In this document: positions 10,564 to 21,948 of the stretch, in pieces
Numbering within the stretch: the first letter of the stretch is position 1
Layout of the letters: each line of letters opens with the position of its first letter
Assembly (NCBI GenBank): GCA_030295235.1
Contig: AP026129.1
Location: 868,001 to 932,000 of the forward strand
Direction: 5' to 3'
DNA from: Fistulifera solaris
Lineage: Eukaryota
Length of the DNA: 64,000 bases
Position numbers and translations under genes: made by a program
The notes under the pieces: generated by a model
Databases searched by the model: none
Told to the model about the DNA's origin: nothing
What the model saw: the letters and a program-made list of their open reading frames with translations, nothing else

Positions 10564-12615
10564 ATGCTGTCATATCGATACATTGTGTGTATTTTCTTCC
10601 TCTCTGTCACGTATAGCCAATCGCTTTCGAATGCTTATAAGAAAGCAGAAATAATCGGTGCCTCTGGTCGCATCGGATCGCAATTCCTGCGTCTGGAAGA
10701 AGAGTCTCAAGCGATTCCACGAGGACTGTGCCCCGGAAGTTGTTCCGCGGAAGGTTCCCCGATCTATATTGCGACACCTTCTAACTGTTGGAATGAATTG
10801 TATCAACTGACACCTCCGCATCGGCGCTCCGATTTAGTCTTTGTCGGAAACGGCTTACCACCGAAAATCGATGATGTTGATAATTTGACACTGGTCGTTC
10901 CTCATTATGGTATCTCGCGACCCGGAGAGAAACCTATTCCAGAATGTGACGAGAATCCTATGCTCCCCACTTACTGCTACGGGAGACACGCGTCTCGTGT
11001 GCAAAAGTTGTTGCAACGCGACGGTATTTCTGTCGAGATCGTCCCTCAATATAGAGATATTCGAAAGATCGCCAAACTAAAATTGCTGTGGGCGACGTGT
11101 ATGTGGCTGCTCTGTCATGACAATGCAGCACCTTTAACTGTGTCACAAGTGCATGAAAGGCGTGCTTTAGACTTGCAGCTGTTGGTCCAAGAGTTGTGGA
11201 TGAATGCATTGAGTGATGATGCAGATGTGGACGTGGATGCCGAACGTACAGTGATTCTCGACTATTTGAAAAAGTACTCGTTTTCTATTGCGACAGCGAT
11301 TCCCAGCAAAGCATTGGCTCTGAAGGAAGTAGAAGACCGGAATGGCTATTTTTGGAGACCCAATTCACAGCCGCTTCATGAACAGCTTCTGAAACGAGTA
11401 GGTGGAGGCCAATTACTTGATCGGGTTCAAAATGCCTTTATAGAAGGTTCAGCCGAACCGCATTCTTTGTGGAATACGATATCGATACCGCATTTGAACA
11501 TGGCCGTATATGGCACTCAACCCGGAACTCCACCACCCCAGTCGGTTCTTATCATCGGTTCAGGTATCATGGGGCGTTCGATAGCTCTCAATCTCGAACG
11601 ACGAGGCATTCGGAACATCACCATGGTCGATCCCAGTCTACCGAATAACACTCAAACCACCAAAGGGTCTTGGGCCTGGATTAATGCAAACCAAAAGCAG
11701 CCAGATCATTATCGTTGGATCAATCAGCTGGGAATGATGGTCTGGCGAAAAGATAAGATTGTGTCTCACTTAGTAGATTGGAAAGGAAGTTTGGTGAAGG
11801 TTTCCTCTCCGCTGGAACCACAATTTCTTTACGGTTATGGCGCAGAAGGACCTTTGTCGATCAATGAGTTGCGACAATTAGAGCCTTCCGGAAATTTTTC
11901 GTCGCCAGGTTGCTACTACTATCATTTTCGAGACGAAGGAAGTGTGGACCCTTCGGCCGCGTGCATGGCTTTGCAAAAGGCTATGCGTCAATCAGAGCTT
12001 CACTATGTCAGCGATACGGTTGTCGAGTATTTGAGGGACACAGAAGGGAGAGCTATCGGAGTCATGTTGGAGAATGGAACGCAGATCAGAGCGGACGTTG
12101 TAGTCGTTGCAGCAGGAACAGGGACTTCGACGCTAGCCAAGATTCCTATGCAGTGTAGCCCAGGGAGGATTGCCTTTGCCAGAAGTACTGGTAATGCGCT
12201 TCGCAAGATAATTGTCGACACCGTGAACGAGTCCCATGTCCTGCAGCGCAGAGATGGGACCATCGTTGCTGGGGGCGGGTATTTACAGGTGGGAGGATCG
12301 TCGGGTCGTACTGATCCAAAGTGGTTTTCGAAGGATGCTAGTTCCGTTGCAGACGCTCTCTTTGAAACTGCCGATCAACTTACGCCTGGGACTCTTTCTG
12401 AACACCTATTTGTGGAAGAAGCCAATCGACCGATTCCCCAAGACGGCTTACCGGTGACAGGATGGGTGGAGCCGGGAGTCTATGTTGCAGTCACTCATTC
12501 CGGTATTACGCTAGCACCATTCTTGTCCGCGTTAGTTGCTATAGAAATAACGGACGGTGCGGAGTTGGCTATTTTGAAGCCATATCGGGCTTTGCGTTTC
12601 CAGCTGAAAGAATAG
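10564..12615 (+). CDS. Fusion of a ketopantoate-reductase-like Rossmann domain and an FAD-dependent (DAO/glycine oxidase family) oxidoreductase, with signal peptide
   Basis: IIGASGRIG and KLKLLWATCMWLL in the N-half. IIGSGIMG, VVVAAG, RPIPQDGLPVTG and THSGITLAP in the C-half. Single uninterrupted 683-aa ORF. Confidence 0.75.
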   Translation: MLSYRYIVCIFFLSVTYSQSLSNAYKKAEIIGASGRIGSQFLRLEEESQAIPRGLCPGSCSAEGSPIYIATPSNCWNELYQLTPPHRRSDLVFVGNGLPPKIDDVDNLTLVVPHYGISRPGEKPIPECDENPMLPTYCYGRHASRVQKLLQRDGISVEIVPQYRDIRKIAKLKLLWATCMWLLCHDNAAPLTVSQVHERRALDLQLLVQELWMNALSDDADVDVDAERTVILDYLKKYSFSIATAIPSKALALKEVEDRNGYFWRPNSQPLHEQLLKRVGGGQLLDRVQNAFIEGSAEPHSLWNTISIPHLNMAVYGTQPGTPPPQSVLIIGSGIMGRSIALNLERRGIRNITMVDPSLPNNTQTTKGSWAWINANQKQPDHYRWINQLGMMVWRKDKIVSHLVDWKGSLVKVSSPLEPQFLYGYGAEGPLSINELRQLEPSGNFSSPGCYYYHFRDEGSVDPSAACMALQKAMRQSELHYVSDTVVEYLRDTEGRAIGVMLENGTQIRADVVVVAAGTGTSTLAKIPMQCSPGRIAFARSTGNALRKIIVDTVNESHVLQRRDGTIVAGGGYLQVGGSSGRTDPKWFSKDASSVADALFETADQLTPGTLSEHLFVEEANRPIPQDGLPVTGWVEPGVYVAVTHSGITLAPFLSALVAIEITDGAELAILKPYRALRFQLKE

Positions 12616-12872
12616 GTCAAATAACTACGTCTTATGTTTGCGGACTGCGCTGCTATTTTTCGGATGAAGATCAAGGGTACGCGCACCTATAGGCTGATGC
12701 GCAGAAGCGTATTCGCTCGAGTTGCGCAAACGCCGCTTCCGAACGCTTTGTGCAGCTGCAAGGCTAGGATCCCCCGTGCTGCCGACTCTTGCTACGAAGC
12801 GATGGTATCTACAAGCATTAGAGAAGATTATTAATTTGTAAATATGAATAAAATAACAAAGAAAAGTATTAA

Positions 12873-14362
12873 CTAGAAGCCACAATCCCGCACAAAATTC
12901 ATCATTTCCGATTCAATCCCGGATCTCGTATTGCATTGCATATTAATTTCCAAACTAACAATATAATGAAACCAGTTGGTCGGCAAGTACAAGACTTGAC
13001 CCGGTTGCAATACCACTTCACTGGATCGAGCTTCTTTGAATTGCGGGAATTCCTCTACATTCGGATTCGACCAATCAATCGCCGAGTGACGTGCCGATGG
13101 ATGACCCTTCGGATACAAGGCCAGATTCGTACATTGATCGGGATGACTGAGAATATACCGCCGACTTCCACTGAAGAGCGCAATCGCATTCCGACTCCCA
13201 TCGAAATGATTTTCCGCAATCACGCCCGGCATACCGAATCGGCAATGAATGCCCTTTTGTTCCCCGGGTTCGACGACATAAAGACTCTTTTTCGGTTGAA
13301 AGAAGGGCAACTCATCAAACAGCGCCTCCGTCGCACCACGATCACACGATCCGTCGTTGCCCATGGCACCACAACCAATGAGTCGAAAGTACCAATGCGG
13401 ATCGTCGCGATCGTGACGGGGCGTTTGGGCGTGATCGTACCATTCAGGATACGACATGCGCATCATTTTGGTGGGCGGTTCCCACCCTTCGGGGATGTTG
13501 GCGTTTTTCTTGTGACGACTGCCTCTTCCGGGTGGAACATAGTACATGAAGTGATTGTTGGCACTGAATTCCGTGCGATGCGGTTCATTGCCCAACATGC
13601 GCGCCATGTAATCTGGTAACGACCATCGCGCCGTGACCTTTTCGACTTGGGGGTCGTTGATGACAATGAATGGCAAGTGCTGATCGCGATACGTTTCAGC
13701 CTTGTGATAATCCTTTGATAATCGAAGACACAGAGTGATTGATGAATGAGTGCATTGTTGTGTTCATCGAGCGGCGGTACTGTGTTATCGGTCGGCCAGG
13801 CGGTGACAATGTCCATAGTTTTCCACGAAAGTGGATATCCCGGTGGAGGTTCTTGGGGGCAGTTGTAGATATCGTAGGAAACTTGATCCGAGTTGGTCAT
13901 TTCCATGGGCTTTGCGACATAATTAAGCTGTCCTATCCTCACATCGGCTAACAAATCATCGAGTTGTTGCTCGACGAGCGGGTCGACTTCTTTTCGTAAC
14001 GACACGTAATGATTTGAGCGGTCTCCTACTACGGACATTGAATCGGGGATGCGGTAAATACGATTCCATGGCAGCGGGTCTAAATCTAATTCAGCTCCTT
14101 CCTCTGTGTGAAAAGCAACGTTCTTCTTGGGCGGAATATCATTTGTTGTTGCATCATAAAAGATGTAATTCCATACGTATGACAGCCCCATCAGCACAGC
14201 CAAGACAATAGCGAAAGAACCGACGAATACTAGCACTGTGTTGACCAACGTCTTCCAGTCGTTTTCAGAGCGCGATCGTTTGCGACGACGTCTGGTGCTA
14301 GAGGAAGCCGTAGTCGCTGGGGCGGAAGTGTCCGCAGAGGTGTGAATTCGTCGGTGCATCAT
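12873..14362 (-). CDS. Type II membrane JmjC/cupin-like Fe(II)/2-oxoglutarate dioxygenase
   Basis: N-terminal TM helix. ENHFDGSRN (HxD) and VVLQPGQVLYLPTNWFHYI (distal His). A one-base indel near 13714 joins the two track ORFs. Confidence 0.85.
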
Positions 14363-14979
14363 CCTTTCGTTGTGTAAAGATGAACTATAATCAATCCTCG
14401 ACAAGGCCTTGCGTGAAATGACGGTCTTTCAAACCTTTGGTGAATCAAGGATTTGAATTGTGAATTGTATTACCTGGTACCGGTACCGCAAATGATTTGA
14501 AATGAAACAAGAATGAATAGTCTCGTCGGATGAAACGACACCTGTGGACGACGAGACAAAAAAGTACACCGTTGTGAACTGCGTGCCAAAAAAATCTAAA
14601 CCCGTGAGAGAAAAAAACATACGTTGAATCTGTACGTTGCAATGCGCGCTAGCTCGAGAAGTCGGTGCATGCGCGGTTCGGATTTTGACAGCGTCTGCTC
14701 GTATGTCCAAATGCGTCTGTACGTCTTCACCCCCTTTCCCGCGTCCATTTTTTGTTTCGCAAAAACGAAAAAATAATACCTGGTACTCTGGGGTACTCCG
14801 TACACTGTATGTGAAGAGACTATTCGCATCACAACATATCGACGACAAACCCCATTAACTCATCGTCTACGATTTTCTATTATTACAATACTATTTATTC
14901 CGCTCTGTACATTTGAACGGAAGTGTGAAACCCAAATCAATTGCTAGCGGCGAATAAACGTTCTTGTCATCCTACAGAA

Positions 14980-15401
14980 ATGTGGTTTTGTCCTGTCGAC
15001 GGAACGTTGTTATTGGTAAGGTTTTGCAAGTCGAACACGCAACGACTGCTGGTCATTTCGATGCTTTGATTAACATTCTAACGATTCTCTACTGTTGGCT
15101 CACTCTCCTCTAGGTCCGGACACAAGAAGACAGAAATTACTTTTATTGCACGACGTGTCCTTACGGATGTCCGATTCAACACAGGCAACAGATTTCGTGT
15201 CTATACACCACCAAGAAAGCCGTCGATGACATACTGGGAGGTTCAGCCGCTTGGGAAAATGTGGATCGGACCATGGCACGGTGTCCGTCCTGTCATCATC
15301 ACGAGGCTTATTTTATGCAAATGCAAATTCGGAGTGCCGATGAACCCATGAGTATTTTTTACAAATGTGTCAAATGTGCGCACCAATGGAATGACAAGTA
15401 A
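14980..15401 (+). CDS. RPC11: RNA polymerase III subunit C11 (RPC10/RPC11)
   Basis: Exon 14980-15015 (MWFCPVDGTLLL), intron 15016-15113, exon 15114-15401 with VDDILGGSAAWENVD and CPSC..AYFMQMQIRSADEPMSIFYKCVKC. Not in the ORF track. Confidence 0.95.
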
Positions 15402-15995
15402 TGAATAGCGTAGCGGCGAATGAGGGAATGTATTTTTGTGCGTTGTGAGGCAACTTGAGCTTGTGTGGTGAGTTACAGAGAACGAGAAAGAAATATTCTG
15501 TTTATCGGAAGGCACTTCAAGTGCTAATGTAGCAACCCAAAAACAACAACAACAACATCATCTTCAACAGAGACATTGAATGGACATAACTTTGTAAAGA
15601 TCTAATACGAATCACTTGCATGGAATGGCTCAGACTATGAGTCTCTCTAGACAGGTCGGAGATAGTCTCGAACATGGGGCCATGACGACTCAATTACTAA
15701 AAACCGATTACGTTTTATACTTTCATTCATTTTTATGACGTGGTTAGCTTTATAGTTGTCTCTATCTTGATGCGGCCTTTGCAACGCGGTCCTCGATTTA
15801 TGATGGTCGAACATGCTTGCGAATCATCTTCCTATCCGGATTACTATAGACCCAAAGTGTAGTCTGTTTTCACCAGGATCGTTGCTCTTCCAAAGCTGTC
15901 TCATTTTCACGTCGGCTTATGTTTTTGATCAACGCCAAAGTTTTATTATTTTCATTCCATTTACTGGTAAATAAATAAATACTATAAAATACGAG

Positions 15996-18902
15996 ATGAC
16001 TGTCAATGATACATCTGCTGAACGCGTCGTCCTGCCGGGATATATCGTTCCTGAACGGTACGTACGAACGCTTGATGAGCGGATGTTGTTTGTCGTTTTG
16101 TTTGTCTTTTTCTCATAACTTATACATCATGCACATTACAATACAGCTACGCTTTGTCGTTGACACCCGATTTGAAAGCCTTTACCTTTAAGGGAAGAGT
16201 TGTCATTGATTTTACGATTGATAGTGACGAACTCGTCAACAGTAACGGACGTCAAATCATCCTGCACGCTCAAGAACTCTTGTTTGAGAGCGCTTCGTAC
16301 ACGCTCGATGATAACAAGGATACGGCGATTGAGGCGGAACAGATCAATGTCAATTTGAAAGAAACGACGGTCACTTTTATTTTTCCGAGTGCCATTCCGG
16401 CCACAGCCAAGAGTTTGCAACTCACCGTGGTTTATCAAGGTTTCTTGAACAACCAAATGGCGGGCTTTTATCGCAGTTCGTACACGAATATGAAGGGCGA
16501 ATCCTGCATCATGGCATCAACGCAATTTGAAGCACTCGATGCTCGTCGCGCCTTTCCGTGTGTCGACGAGCCCGCGCGCAAAGCCGTCTTCCTCGTCTCG
16601 TTGACCATTCCCTCGGAATTGCAGTGCTGTTCGAACATGCCCGAGCGATCCAGCGTCAGTTTGGATCCGCACACGCGGCAAGTCTCGTTCTGGCCGACAC
16701 CGCGCATGTCCACGTATTTGTTGGCTTTTTGCGTGGGTGAATTTGATTTCGTGCAGGCACAAACCGCTTCGGGTGTTTTGATCAAAGTGTACACACCTGT
16801 GGGTAAATCGAAGCAGGGAGAGTTCGCGCTAGATTGTGCGTGCAAATGTCTTGAGCTGTACAATGAATTCTTCAAGGTCCCTTATCCTTTGCCCAAATTG
16901 GATATGATTGCTATTCCCGAGTTTGCAGCGGGAGCGATGGAGTAAGTCCGTTTTCTTCAATTACTCTCACTGCATTTTTGGATACTCTTCCGCTCATCTT
17001 TTTCTCTTGCAGAAATTGGGGACTGGTGACCTATCGTGAAGTTGATTTGTTGATTGATCCAACGCTCGCTAGTTCACAGCAGAAACAGCGCGTCGCGGTA
17101 GTGGTCAACCATGAGTTGGCGCATCAATGGTGAGTGGACACTCGTGTACGGTAGTAAATGCTTCTTGCGTATTTCTAGTCACTAAAGGTCAATAACTTTG
17201 GATGAGCAGGTTCGGTAACCTGGTTACAATGGACTGGTGGTCGGGTTTGTGGTTGAACGAGTCTTTTGCTTCGTGGTGCGAGAATTATGCAACCAACGCA
17301 TTGTATCCCGATTATCACATGTGGGACCAATTTGTCACGGGCCACTTGGCTGCGGCGTTGCGCTTGGATGCCTTGCAGTCGAGTCACCCTATCGATGTCC
17401 CCATTCGACATGCTGAAGAAGTCAATCAAGTGTTTGATGCCATTAGTTATTGCAAGGGCGCAGCGGTGGTCCGCATGATCCAGGCCGTTTTGGGCTTCAG
17501 TGCCTTTCAAGAAGGATTACAGCATTATATGAAAGATTTCGCTTACAAGAACACCAGCTCGACGGATTTGTGGCAGGCGTGGGAGAAAGTGAGTGGCTTG
17601 CCGGTTGGAGAACTCATGGGAAGCTGGACGCATCAGATGGGTTTCCCGTTGCTGAAAGTGATTAAAGAAGAATGGAAGAGTGATTCCGTTACGTTAGAGT
17701 TAGAGCAATCGTGGTTCCTATCGGATGGAACAGTTCCCCCGGAAAAGAAATTGTGGACAATTCCCATCATGACTTGCACTTCTGATGGTCCTCAAGCAGA
17801 CATGACGCTGATGCGGGAGGAGACGGCTTCGGTAACAATTCCTCTTTCAAGTGAGTCGGGATGGGTCAAGTTGAATGCCGGACAGCAGGTCCCCATGCGT
17901 ATTCTTTGGACGTCAGAAATGCTCAAACGCTACCAGGATCCCATTCAAAGCGGTAAAATGAATGCTATGGACCGTGCCGGGTTGGTTACTGATGCTTATG
18001 CTTTGGTCAAAGCCGGTCACATGAAACCAGAGCAACTGATTCAATTGCTTCAATACTACTTGAAAGAAACCGAGTACGTCGTATGGGAAGGTTTGGCCAT
18101 GGTGTTAGGGGGTATTGATTCGATTGTTTTGGAGGACCCAGAGTTGGCGAAGCAGTTCCGAGCATTTGGAAAGCGAATGGTGTTGAATCTGTTGCCGCAC
18201 GTTGGTTGGCAAGCACAAACTGGTGAACCCCATTTGACGACCTTGCTGCGTGGGTTATTGATTGGGCTCTTGAGCGACTTTGCGTTCGATGACGATGGTG
18301 TCGCTGCGGAGGCGAAATCTCGCTTTCAGTCATTCTTGCAGAATCCCAACGACGTCCAAAGCTTGCCCAGTGACATTCGCTCGCAGGTCTTCAAAATAGT
18401 CTTGCAGAATGGCGGTGCCACGGAGTATGAACAAATCAAAGGCTACTACAAAACGGCTTCGGACAACGCGGAACGTAAGCACGTGTTGAACTCCCTTGGT
18501 AGTATTCAGGACAAATCGTTGAAGGTACAAACCATGGAGTGGATGACTTCTGGAGAAATCAAGATTCAAGATTTCTTTTACGGCATGGGATCCGTCGGCC
18601 GTTCCAACAAGATGGGCCGTGAAGTGGCATGGCAATACTTCCAAGACCACTTTGAGAAAATCAAAGGCATGGTCGCCAGCGCGTCTAGTTCTCTCATGGA
18701 CGCCTGCATCGTCATGTGCTGTGGTGGATTCTGCAGTGAACAAAAGGCGAAAGAGATTGAGCAGTTCTTTGAAGCTCATCCCGTGCCCAAAAGCTCACGC
18801 AAAATTGAGCAAACTTTGGAAAACATGCGGGCTAATGCGAATTTTTTGAAGGTTTTGCAGTCAAGCGACCTTTCGAAGGAGTCTTTCTGGTCTAATTTGT
18901 AG
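15996..18902 (+). CDS. M1 family (puromycin-sensitive-like) aminopeptidase with ERAP1-like C-terminal domain
   Basis: [43 protein letters not shown]. Introns 16058-16146, 16942-17012 and 17130-17209. Confidence 0.95.
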
Positions 18903-19043
18903 CTTTTGATGATGAGTGTGCATTCACTAGATGACGGCGCGTGTCGGTGATACCTTACAATTGATAACGTTCGTTTCCTTTGAAATGTCATAGCATTAAT
19001 TTATCTATTTACAAGACCATGGTACATTCAATAGGGTTGGGTC

Positions 19044-19580
19044 TCATTGCGGCTTCTCTAATAGCATCCTTTCCCATTCGGTGAATGTGCGTGTCACAAC
19101 CAATTCCTGTATTTTGAGAGTGTCCGGACACACCTTGAATCGAGTTTGGCCCTCGACTGTCATCGGTTGATAATTCGGCTCTATATCACAGCTCGCGCCA
19201 GACCAAGTTCCGGTCTCATACCAGTGTGCGAATACCCAATTGGTTTGTCTAGAACATTCCGGGCCGTAATGAAATTGAACGACACAATCGGGATGTGCTG
19301 TCACAAATTGCATACATCGGTCGACTAATTGTGTTGCCGGTACAGTACGACGAGACGACTGTAACGCACAAACGTCTCGAATCGTTGCGGAATCGCCGAA
19401 GCAGGAACGGATCATCTCAGGGTCTTTCTCCGTGACACCTCGAAAATAACGCCGCACGGTCGCCTCCATCGCCAGCGCGATTTCGGTCGAAATCATGGGA
19501 GAAGATGACAAGGAGTGGACCCGTGTAGTGAACAGTGCTGTCAAGAGAAACAAACAGTAAGCGGCGAATCGTTTTAACAT
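19044..19580 (-). CDS. SnoaL/NTF2-like domain protein with signal peptide
   Basis: Pattern TVRRYF..IRSCFGDSATIRD..AHPD..FAHWYETGTW..VEGQTRF. Hydrophobic leader. Confidence 0.7.
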   Translation of the reverse strand: MLKRFAAYCLFLLTALFTTRVHSLSSSPMISTEIALAMEATVRRYFRGVTEKDPEMIRSCFGDSATIRDVCALQSSRRTVPATQLVDRCMQFVTAHPDCVVQFHYGPECSRQTNWVFAHWYETGTWSGASCDIEPNYQPMTVEGQTRFKVCPDTLKIQELVVTRTFTEWERMLLEKPQ

Positions 19581-20010
19581 ATTCTATTAAAGACAAGTGC
19601 AAAATATGAAAGATTCTGCACCTCGCCCTCAAAAGATCGAAGTGAAATGAGAAAACCATTTTGTGAGGAACGCCGCGACTGCGAGGGGGGCCGAGGGACG
19701 GACGCGGGGCTCGCAACAACGACAAAGGGCGGCCGAAAATAACTAAAACGCTAGGTCTACTAGCCTTCTACTAAAGAACAATTTTCATCAAGGCAAGTCT
19801 AGATCTTTTAGCATCATTTGCCTTCCCTTCAACAAAGGAGATATACGTTGTGAAACATTTACAAAGTCAAGAAATAGAATAGAACAAGGCTTTTAAAGCG
19901 TTTATCAAAGTCACTTATTAATTCATTTTTATATAAAGCAAAATCATTTGAAATGCACAGATTTGAAAACTATACAGAGTCTTGAGTCGAAGCAAGAGCA
20001 ATCTTCCTTT

Positions 20011-21521
20011 TCACGGATTACTTTCGCCCGAATTAGCCAGAGTCGGCTGCTCATAATGAAACGACGGTTCGACTGAGTTCAGCTCTACTTCCATCGTTTC
20101 CGTGGGCGCAACTCTGTACATGTGACTGTGAAACATGATTTTTTTCAGGGAAACTTTTGTCATCAACATTGCACCTAATGTCATGGCAATCATCACAAAA
20201 CCAAAGGATTGACAAGCCGAACCACACATTTGACTCTCTGGTGTTGTGTGCTCTTCCTCCTTTTGCTGTCCGGCATAGGAATACCATTTTCATCAAGAAC
20301 ACAGCGACTTTCCGCCCATCCAATGCGACGATTCGTTGAATCGAATGAAACATCGTATCCTCTCAAGGAATCCGCTCCCAAAACAGTGCGTTTGGTTTTG
20401 GGGCTTGACAGCTCAAACTTGTTAACGTATTCCCCCGTTTGATCGTTGAACTCCATGTACTGTTGGGGAGTGATCTCAATGAGCACATCCGTTGGGTGGT
20501 CGGGATCGTTCGCGAGCATGGACGAAGGTACTGTGTTTTTCTCCGTACCCGCCAGTTGAATGACGATTGTCGGCAATTTGGCCACTTGATTGTAGGTGAT
20601 GTAACGAGGTTGGTCATTGAAGTCATTACCCGTCAACTCCTTCCAGACGGTGCGAAAAGCAACATTAATCGCCCCCGAAAAGTGAGAGTGAGCAAAACCG
20701 GATTCGATCACCACAGTTCCGTCGTTGAGGGTCACTTCAGCAAGTTTCAAAGTGCGACGCTCGTTTGTCTTGAGATGCAACTTCCGAATGTGAACTGCAT
20801 AATGATGTTCTCCTTCCATCTCAGTATACACCATCGGTGTTGAATGAAATCGACTATCTTTCCCACCGAATATCAGTGCACCTGCTTCGCTGCTGCGTTC
20901 TTGTGCGGATGGACGAAGACAGAGAGAAAATTCTTGTTTCGTTATCTTTCCAGCTTTATAGAGCTGCGCGATGAAGGACTGCGGAGACGCCCGATTCAGT
21001 GATAGTGTACCGTCCGGATACTGAGAGCGAAACCCACCACTGGAGCTCGTTTGACAGGCGAATTCGGTGCGAATGACTGCCGTTTCGGACCCCACAAAGC
21101 AGAAATCGGTGACTTGTCGACCATACCAATGATCATGACGAGAATAATGACGACCCGCGGTACAAAAGGAAGTTCCCGAGCTCTTAGCGCATGTTTCCCC
21201 TTCCCAACAGCTTTCCGGGGACGTACAACGACTTTGTTCGAAGGACATGCTGCCATCCTTGTTAAAAAGAGTGTGCTGGATACCACAATCCGCACAGCCC
21301 GTACAAGGAACGACTGTTGCGGGCGCATCCGTGTTGATCATGACAGTTTGCTTCTGCGGAGGCGTTCCGCAATGTAAATCAACGTAGAACTGAGCATCTC
21401 CTTGATATACTGGTGCTATAATGAGTGCTGACGGCGAATCTGAAAGATTCCGCAACAAAACAGAATGAACTCCGTTCCAGCCGAAAGCTAATAGCACCAC
21501 AAGGAATGTATAAAGATGCAT
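20011..21521 (-). CDS. A1 (pepsin-like) aspartic protease homolog, membrane anchored, catalytic motifs degenerate
   Basis: FYVDLHCGTPPQKQTV, FSLCL, GALIFGG, YDVSFD..RIGWAESRC. INTDA and IESGF replace DTGS and DSGT. An indel near 20260 joins the C-terminal TM segment. Confidence 0.85.
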
Positions 21522-21948
21522 TGTATTCTTTCACGAAGTAACGACAAAAATTTGATACAGATGACTTGAATTCTATGAGGATTGCGGGAAAGGCACTTAC
21601 CTCGTCGCGAGGCAATTCTTTTGATGGAAAAGAACGTAGGTGATTTCCTCCATTATTCTCGTCCTCTTTTGAGAAAGATAGAAAGCGCTATGCACGACGA
21701 CTCGTGATGATGATTCGCGAGGAGGAGGAGGAGTCGTCATGGTTGTCTGAACTGTAAATGCTCGGCTTTCGGTACGACAACAAAAAAATATACATCAGGG
21801 ACTGATAGTGGCCAAAAGAATTAGGCAAAAAGACAAAAAATAATGACGAAAATAAAGCCTTCTATAGAAATCATTCGTTGGCTAGGCGTCGTGTAAAAAT
21901 TAGGTTATGCTTACGAAATTAAGTTCTAGACTGCTTCGTGTACTCAAT

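Noticed and set aside
12936..13619. 227-aa plus-strand ORF and similar shadow ORFs over real genes
   Set aside because: They are antisense or alternate-frame to well-supported CDSs and have no motifs of their own.
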